Shown piece by piece: positions 58,505 to 64,000 of a stretch of 64,000 bases of DNA (position 1 is the first letter of the stretch; every line of letters begins with the position of its first letter). A program made the translations under genes and the position numbers. Location of the stretch: NCBI GenBank assembly GCA_048939015.1, contig JBHLPW010000013.1, positions 20,607 through 84,606 of the forward strand, given 5' to 3'. This stretch comes from Promethearchaeota archaeon. Lineage in GTDB: Archaea > Asgardarchaeota > Lokiarchaeia > Sigyniarchaeales > SOKP01. The notes beneath the pieces were generated by a model, which made no database searches, was not told the origin of the DNA, and was given only the letters and a program-made list of their open reading frames with translations.

Positions 58505-59130
58505 CAGGGACAGTATTAGCAATAGACTCAAATTATGAGACATTAACAAATGTTGCATGGAATTATCGAAAGAGTCTTATCTATCCATATATGGCTAATA
58601 AAGGATTTTCCTTTATTCACGCGGAGGGTATTTATGCCAAACGCTGGTTTGTTAGATTAAATGCTATTAAACCTGAAGTTGTATATATGACAGGTGTTGG
58701 TCACGGTTCTCCACATGAATACACAGGGCACAATGGAATGCCTGTTTTTAAACAGGGGCGATATTTAAGACAAGAAGTAGAAGATAAAGTAGTACATTTC
58801 TTATCATGCTATACTGCTCGGATTTTAGGACCTAGTTTTGTAAGGCATGGATGTAAAGCATACTTCGGATACAGTGAAGCTTTTGTTGTTTCAGATCTAA
58901 GGTATAAGGATGTCTTTTTTAGATGCGATAGTGAAATTGATATCGCATTTGCAGATGGTTTACAAGCACATCAAGTTCATGAGAGAGCAATTAGCATTTT
59001 TAGATATACTATCCAAAGTTTGCGAAACGATGGAAAATATCATACCGCAGCAGCTTTACAGCATAATCTAGACTGTTTATGTTCTCCAGAAACTTCAAGT
59101 ATATGGGGAGATCGAGAAGCAACTATTTAA
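58501..59130 (+). CDS. Clan CD (caspase / gingipain C25-like) cysteine protease domain
   Basis: YMTGVGHG and VHFLSCYTA His-Gly/Cys dyad; G..FV..G.KAYFGY. Confidence 0.7.
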   Translation: MTGTVLAIDSNYETLTNVAWNYRKSLIYPYMANKGFSFIHAEGIYAKRWFVRLNAIKPEVVYMTGVGHGSPHEYTGHNGMPVFKQGRYLRQEVEDKVVHFLSCYTARILGPSFVRHGCKAYFGYSEAFVVSDLRYKDVFFRCDSEIDIAFADGLQAHQVHERAISIFRYTIQSLRNDGKYHTAAALQHNLDCLCSPETSSIWGDREATI

Positions 59131-59225
59131 AAAATTTCCTTTTTTTTTTTAAATTTTTCATAACAATGCTGAATAATATAGCGTCTGGATTTTTACTTTT
59201 TCTAGCTTTATTTTGACTTGAGCTT

Positions 59226-59453
59226 CTACTCTTCTTTTTCCAACTCTTTTAAATTTTCTTCAAATCTCTGATATCCATTTACTTTTTTTTTGGAAATATT
59301 GGTTTTAGAAACAAATCTTTCAGTAGTAGATTCAGTCGCAAATTTAACCTTCATAAATTTCTTTATCGCAACTCTATATTTCTCCCTTTTACTTTTTGTT
59401 ATCCGAACACTCACAAAGTCCGACTCCTCCCCAAATTTCCGCTTCCTCACCAT
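59226..59453 (-). CDS. Small ribbon-helix-helix-like DNA-binding protein (copy 1)
   Basis: RKRKFGEESDFVSVRITKSKREKYRVAIKKF; paralogue of 60712-60954. Confidence 0.65.
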   Translation of the reverse strand: MVRKRKFGEESDFVSVRITKSKREKYRVAIKKFMKVKFATESTTERFVSKTNISKKKVNGYQRFEENLKELEKEE

Positions 59454-59654
59454 GTCATCCCGTCTCTTTCTTCCGATTCCTCACCTAAACTGCTATTGCA
59501 AATATCTTACACCTCGGATTTTTAGACTTCACAATCAGTCCAAAGACCCCCAAATATTAAAAAAATTAATTGTACTGACATTCAAAACTATATGATTTTG
59601 GGTGATCCAGCAGCTTGTTTTAGAATTCCAGCAAATCAATAATGAAATACATAA

Positions 59655-60536
59655 CTACAAGAGAATATCCGATATATCTTTAATAACTCTAAAATCTTTT
59701 CCAAACACTTTATACCTATCCATTGGATCATACTGTATAAGTTCTTTAAAATTAATGCCTGTAACCTCAACAATTCTTTTGATGGGTACCTGATAAGTTT
59801 TAGCTTCTTCGGGTGAAAAAGTTTTCAGAGTGTCAATTAAATTTTTTTGACTTAATAAGTAAGCAGTCGCAGTAAATTCATTCTTTAGTTTGTCCTTTCC
59901 TATTACTATCTTCCAGAATTCATTTGGAATTTTTACAGTAGTATATATCCTGTCATTGTCATTAAAAATAGGTCCGGTGAACACAGACAACCTTGAACTT
60001 TCTATCTCAGCTTTATTTAAGATTAAATCTTCTAAATCAACCCAAGGCAATCTATTAAATTTCTCATGTTGGGGACAACAATTAGTATAGAAAAACGTAT
60101 CTTTATTCGCTAATTTTGCCTCCTCTAAAGAACCCCAAACAGGATCTAATCTTCTTACTAAATGACCTCTATCAAGGGGATTATCTTTGTAAACCTCATT
60201 ACCAATCTGGCTAGTATCCTCGATTCTTGGATCAAATCTCCATTCTTGGTTTCTTAAAATCCCATCATCACTATCTTTCAGTTTTGACCCATCTATATTA
60301 CATGCAGTGTATAATGCTAATTTTCTTTTCTTATTCATCAGTATTGAAAAGTGATGATATTTTAAGAAATATCTGTCAATAGAATCAGAAGCTTTAGAGT
60401 CGATTATTAAAGATTTTTCTATAATTCCTCTATTTATTGGTAATTCGATGGTTTTATGTAAGAATGAGTTTGAATAACCTTCTCTATCAAGTCGTAAATT
60501 TTCTGCCAAAGATTTAGAATTAGAACCATTTTTCAT
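59655..60536 (-). CDS. DNA/RNA non-specific endonuclease (NucA/EndoG family)
   Basis: YHHFS, DRGHLVRRLDPVWG, TF.YTNCCPQ..FN..W..LE, IP..FWK. Confidence 0.92.
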   Translation of the reverse strand: MKNGSNSKSLAENLRLDREGYSNSFLHKTIELPINRGIIEKSLIIDSKASDSIDRYFLKYHHFSILMNKKRKLALYTACNIDGSKLKDSDDGILRNQEWRFDPRIEDTSQIGNEVYKDNPLDRGHLVRRLDPVWGSLEEAKLANKDTFFYTNCCPQHEKFNRLPWVDLEDLILNKAEIESSRLSVFTGPIFNDNDRIYTTVKIPNEFWKIVIGKDKLKNEFTATAYLLSQKNLIDTLKTFSPEEAKTYQVPIKRIVEVTGINFKELIQYDPMDRYKVFGKDFRVIKDISDILL

Positions 60537-60711
60537 TTCTCTTTCTTCATTAACATCATCTAGTGGTATTTCGATTTCACCCCTATAATTATGAAAATTT
60601 TTATAGAATAATATACAAATATGTCAAGCTTCTTTTTAATTTTTGTAACGAATTTTTGATTTCATTAAAAATAGCATATAAATAATCTAATCAATTATAA
60701 AATCAGTTATT

Positions 60712-60954
60712 TTAATCTTGATTATCGCTTTTATCTTTCTTAATATGATCAACAAATTCTTCAAATTTCCAAAATCCGGTAGGTTCGATTTTGTAAAGTC
60801 TAATTATAGGATCTCTCTCATTAGATATGCATTCACTCGCAAACATCTTCTCTACAAACCTCTTTATCGCAATCCTATAGTCCTTTCTTTTGCTTTTTGG
60901 AACGCGAACGCTTACAAAATCCGACGCTTCTCCAAATTTCTGCTTTCTCCCCAA
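60712..60954 (-). CDS. Small ribbon-helix-helix-like DNA-binding protein (copy 2)
   Basis: TTG start at 60954 by alignment with copy 1: GRKQKFGEASDFVSVRVPKSKRKDYRIAIKRF. Confidence 0.65.
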   Translation of the reverse strand: MGRKQKFGEASDFVSVRVPKSKRKDYRIAIKRFVEKMFASECISNERDPIIRLYKIEPTGFWKFEEFVDHIKKDKSDNQD

Positions 60955-61013
60955 GCCATCACATCTCTTTTTGACGATTCCTATCATAAAATGCTATTAC
61001 ATATATCTTGCAA

Positions 61014-61096
61014 CTCCGATTTTTAAACTTCTCATATTATCCAAATTCCCCCAAAATAGCATATCACGAAATTCCAATACCGTATCATCAAAAGTG
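61014..61096 (+). repeat. Conserved non-coding module with TATCACGAAAT repeats (copy B)
   Basis: ttatccaaa..c.c.aaaatagc.tatcacgaaattccaatacc.tatca shared with 63357-63436; upstream part shared with about 59512-59556. Confidence 0.8.
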
Positions 61097-61263
61097 AATT
61101 ATTATATTAAAAAATTTAAGGATTTCTTCTTATTCATCCTTTAATATAACTTTTATAAATAAAGAAAAACTAAGTAATAAAGCGAAAACAAAAATATTTT
61201 TGTCTACAATATCAATTTATTTAATTTTAATTATATGACTGAAATAATTTCTTTTTTAATATA

Positions 61264-62391
61264 ATGACAGAATCATTCGAAATAAAAACGAAAGAATTTG
61301 ATAAGAATACAATCGATACAGATGTTCATGTGCTTGTTGTTTCTGATATTCATCTTGGGTCCAGGAATTGTAATTTAATTCAGCTAAAAGAGTTTTTAGA
61401 TGCAATTAAGAATAATAAATTCGGTCAGAACTTAGAGAAATTAATCATAATTGGAGATTTCTTAGATTTGATGATAAACTTTAAAAAAAATTTCACAACA
61501 CCTACAAGAAGGATAATTTTTAAAAGAACAATGATATCAAAAAGCCCACAATTAATGGCAGATTATATGAGAATAGAACGAAACCAATTTACCTATAGAG
61601 ATGTGATTTGTTATTTATGCGGAATTTTACAATCAAAAACTAATTTAAAAATAATTTTTGCATTAGGGAATCATGAAATCAAGATCTATGGAAATTCTGA
61701 TAAAAAATTTAGTACTCGAAGCGAAGAAATTGCTAACATCTTTCAAAAGAGATGCATCAATTGTACACAAAAGAAGAACATGCTGGATAATATTGAAATA
61801 ACCCAATATGTGGTTATTGATAAGAATTTGAACCCAAAATGTTACCATTCTGTTAAAGATTTTAAAAATGAAGCTTTTCCAATTCTACTCTCTCATGGAC
61901 ATCAATATGAGAGTAAATTTTTTCGGGAAATTGTTGGGAGATTTGTGTGGCGTCGAATCTTTAATATAAAAGAAGACTGGAAAAAATCTTTATATGATTA
62001 TATATGGAACGATTATTTATATCGAGAAAAAGAGAAGAGAATGATGAATCCAGATCATCCGCAACAAAATATCTTAACCGAAAAATGGGTTCGAAAAAAA
62101 TTAGCTGAACAAGGAATTAAAGGTACTAAAATTGAAAAGGATATCATATTTTATCTAAAATCAGTAAGAGAACTAAAATGGTTATTAACTCGAAAAACCG
62201 CACACAATTATCATAAGGCAATTGAAAAATTTATCAAAAAAAAGCTTAAAAGGGAAGGACTGCATGTAATATATGGACATACTCATATTAAGGAAGAAGA
62301 AGGTGAAAATTTAATTTCAAATACAGGAACATGGCAAAATTATTATTCAGAACAACATAAAAAATCAACTTATATCACAATTTCTCTATAA
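61264..62391 (+). CDS. Calcineurin-like metallophosphoesterase (LpxH-like motifs)
   Basis: SDIHLG, GDFLD, GNHE, HGH, GHTH, NTGTW. Confidence 0.88.
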   Translation: MTESFEIKTKEFDKNTIDTDVHVLVVSDIHLGSRNCNLIQLKEFLDAIKNNKFGQNLEKLIIIGDFLDLMINFKKNFTTPTRRIIFKRTMISKSPQLMADYMRIERNQFTYRDVICYLCGILQSKTNLKIIFALGNHEIKIYGNSDKKFSTRSEEIANIFQKRCINCTQKKNMLDNIEITQYVVIDKNLNPKCYHSVKDFKNEAFPILLSHGHQYESKFFREIVGRFVWRRIFNIKEDWKKSLYDYIWNDYLYREKEKRMMNPDHPQQNILTEKWVRKKLAEQGIKGTKIEKDIIFYLKSVRELKWLLTRKTAHNYHKAIEKFIKKKLKREGLHVIYGHTHIKEEEGENLISNTGTWQNYYSEQHKKSTYITISL

Positions 62392-62405
62392 TCGAGGTAA
62401 AAATT

Positions 62406-63302
62406 ATGATCGAAGATACACATAAAATAAAAAACGAGACCGATCTTAAAAATCAATATAGTAGAGCTCTAGACTTGTTAGAATCAGAGATATTGGATAA
62501 ATTAATGCCTCTTCTGTTAAAAGGTAAATCGAAAAAGGAAAAAAAAAAGCAGCTTGAAATTATTGGGAACATTCTCAATGGACCTAAACACCAAATATAT
62601 ATGAATGCTCTAGAAAATGGATTAATAGATGAAAAAGATTTAGAAGCTATAGCAAATTGGACTGAATGTCGTTTTACTCTCTTATTTCCAAACAAACAAC
62701 CCAAGAAATTTGAAAAACTGAACATGCATCTTCTAAAAAAGGATCTTATAGAAATAGCTAATTTGAGAAAAAAAGTGAAAACTTTTTCACCAACTTTAGA
62801 CGGCTATTTAGAAATGCTTTATAAAATCATTAAGCGTGAATATATTAGGCGATGCGAAGCATATCCTCTTAAATTAATAGAGAACGACCTAATTAAAACA
62901 GCTAAAATATTTAAACTAAAAAGAAAAATGCTTATCGAATTATTGATGAAAAAGTACTCAGACATACTCATTATGAACCAGGAATTAAAAGGTGATGAAT
63001 CTCATAAATATCAACTGCTTGTATCAATTCCATCATTAGAGAAAAAAATTCGTACATTTAATGCTGGTATTGATATCTTGTCTGAATCTAAAATGCAAGA
63101 TATGGCGGTTCCTGACTATACATTCAGAAATATACTCATTTCTAAAATGGAAGAAATAATAAGGTGTCCTGCCTGTGGAGAAGAAAGTATGAATGTTATT
63201 CAAGTAGTTGAAGACAAATCAAATATAATCCTTGATTATCCACGCGTTTATGGGAAGAAATATCGATGTGGACGATGTGGACAAGTATGGCGAGAAAAAT
63301 AG
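62406..63302 (+). CDS. Hypothetical protein with C-terminal Zn ribbon
   Basis: CPACG...EDKS...YPRVYGKKYRCGRCG. Confidence 0.75.
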   Translation: MIEDTHKIKNETDLKNQYSRALDLLESEILDKLMPLLLKGKSKKEKKKQLEIIGNILNGPKHQIYMNALENGLIDEKDLEAIANWTECRFTLLFPNKQPKKFEKLNMHLLKKDLIEIANLRKKVKTFSPTLDGYLEMLYKIIKREYIRRCEAYPLKLIENDLIKTAKIFKLKRKMLIELLMKKYSDILIMNQELKGDESHKYQLLVSIPSLEKKIRTFNAGIDILSESKMQDMAVPDYTFRNILISKMEEIIRCPACGEESMNVIQVVEDKSNIILDYPRVYGKKYRCGRCGQVWREK

Positions 63303-63356
63303 TACAAATATCTTTTAATTTATAGAATTTTCTTCCTTAGAAATCAACTTCTTCCA

Positions 63357-63470
63357 ATCCAAATTTTTAACCTCCCAAATTATCCAAAGTCACCTAAAAT
63401 AGCGTATCACGAAATTCCAATACCATATCACGAAATCCCTTCTGTATCTTTGTAACATTATACGAAAGTG
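63357..63470 (+). repeat. Conserved non-coding module (copy C): two TATCACGAAAT repeats 21 bp apart plus ATTATACGAAAGTG; probable element end
   Basis: Repeats at 63405-63415 and 63426-63436; 14-mer at 63457-63470; 30 bp before the cooC fragment. Confidence 0.75.
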
Positions 63471-63500
63471 GACGAACCCCTCACAAAATACAAAAAAAAA

Positions 63501-63947
63501 GGATGCTATTGCAGTATCAATAATTATTTGAAACGCATTATTGACATACTAGCGAAGAATTATGAAGTCGTACTTATAGATGCTCCTGCGGGATTGGAAT
63601 TTTTCTCCCGAAAAACAGATCGAAATGTGACCGATTTAGTTATTGTAAGCGACCCAAGTAAAATGGGAATCCATACCATGAAACGCATATTAGAAGTAAC
63701 CAAAGAAGTCGATTTAAAATTTGAAAATGTCTGGATCCTTGGTAATAGGTTCCCAGAAAACTCCATAAGAGATATATTAGAAAAAGAAGTAGAGCAAATT
63801 GGTAAAGAATATGTAAAGTTCCTTGGTTTTGTCGAAAATAGCGATGAAATTAGTAGAATTAATATTGTAGGAGAAAATCTTTTAGATCTATCAAATGAAA
63901 GTAAACCATATAAAACAATAAAAGATTTATTTGCTAAGATAGTTTGA
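63501..63947 (+). pseudogene. cooC: 5'-truncated duplicate of cooC (3' 447 nt)
   Basis: Colinear, same length as 50956-51402, starts exactly at GCYC; lacks the Walker A half; the track's MDEPLTKYKKK leader is non-homologous. Confidence 0.9.
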
Positions 63948-64000
63948 ATTTAAAGATAATCATTAATATTTTTATTTCGAAAACGTTTTTCTACACCACC

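Larger units (their letters stand above)
50956..63947. mobile_element. Genomic island of about 12.5 kb inserted in cooC, bounded by duplicated cooC 3' halves; no integrase visible
   Basis: Flanking diverged direct repeat; cargo of nucleases, proteases and RHH/AbrB regulators. Confidence 0.7.

Noticed and set aside
60537-60600. N-terminal extension or lost protease fusion of the NucA nuclease
   Set aside because: The frame is open a short way upstream but has no recognisable domain or canonical start; cannot be supported
63468-63500. ORF-track N-terminus MDEPLTKYKKK as a real short CooC
   Set aside because: Non-homologous leader arising from the element end; the product would lack Walker A
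2998-63766. Short antisense or overlapping ORFs in the track (e.g. 2998-3192, 3767-4048, 9911-10309, 12968-13372, 28294-28608, 33301-33609, 59290-59595, 62453-62725)
   Set aside because: They lie within or opposite well-supported genes and show no motifs; treated as shadow ORFs

Overview
AT-rich archaeal chromosomal window, most likely Asgard / Lokiarchaeia. Evidence: archaeal ribosomal proteins, Vps28, Yip1, a Rag-like GTPase, LITAF-like proteins and a PGY+TM 'Loki-CTERM' anchor. The left part is core: NUDIX-NadM, rtcA, Yip1, Vps28, rpl34e-cmk-rpl14e, a two-intron tRNA-Ser(GGA), EMC3/DUF106, secY, the L12/L10/L1/L11 operon, adk and aroD. The middle holds signalling and metabolic genes. From about 46.6 kb it is an accessory/defence-like island (YaaC, PD-(D/E)XK, CHAT-STAND-LRR, Zn-ribbon nuclease, clan-CD protease, NucA-type nuclease, metallophosphoesterase). 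Five observations stand out. (1) A small Zn-ribbon gene missed by the ORF track (35706-35905, minus) is interrupted by a 29-nt insert with exact bulge-helix-bulge geometry; excision restores the frame, making it a candidate tRNA-type mRNA intron. (2) Four separate cargo insertions are each flanked by a diverged duplicate of the 3' end of a housekeeping gene (aroD, GH57, rps2, cooC), with no integrase in view. (3) A response regulator fused to a uDENN/longin-like domain lies next to a Rag-like GTPase and two histidine kinases. (4) An NLR-like CHAT-NTPase-LRR protein is present. (5) A repeated element-end module delimits cassettes in the island. All family calls are from motif recognition only; no searches were run.
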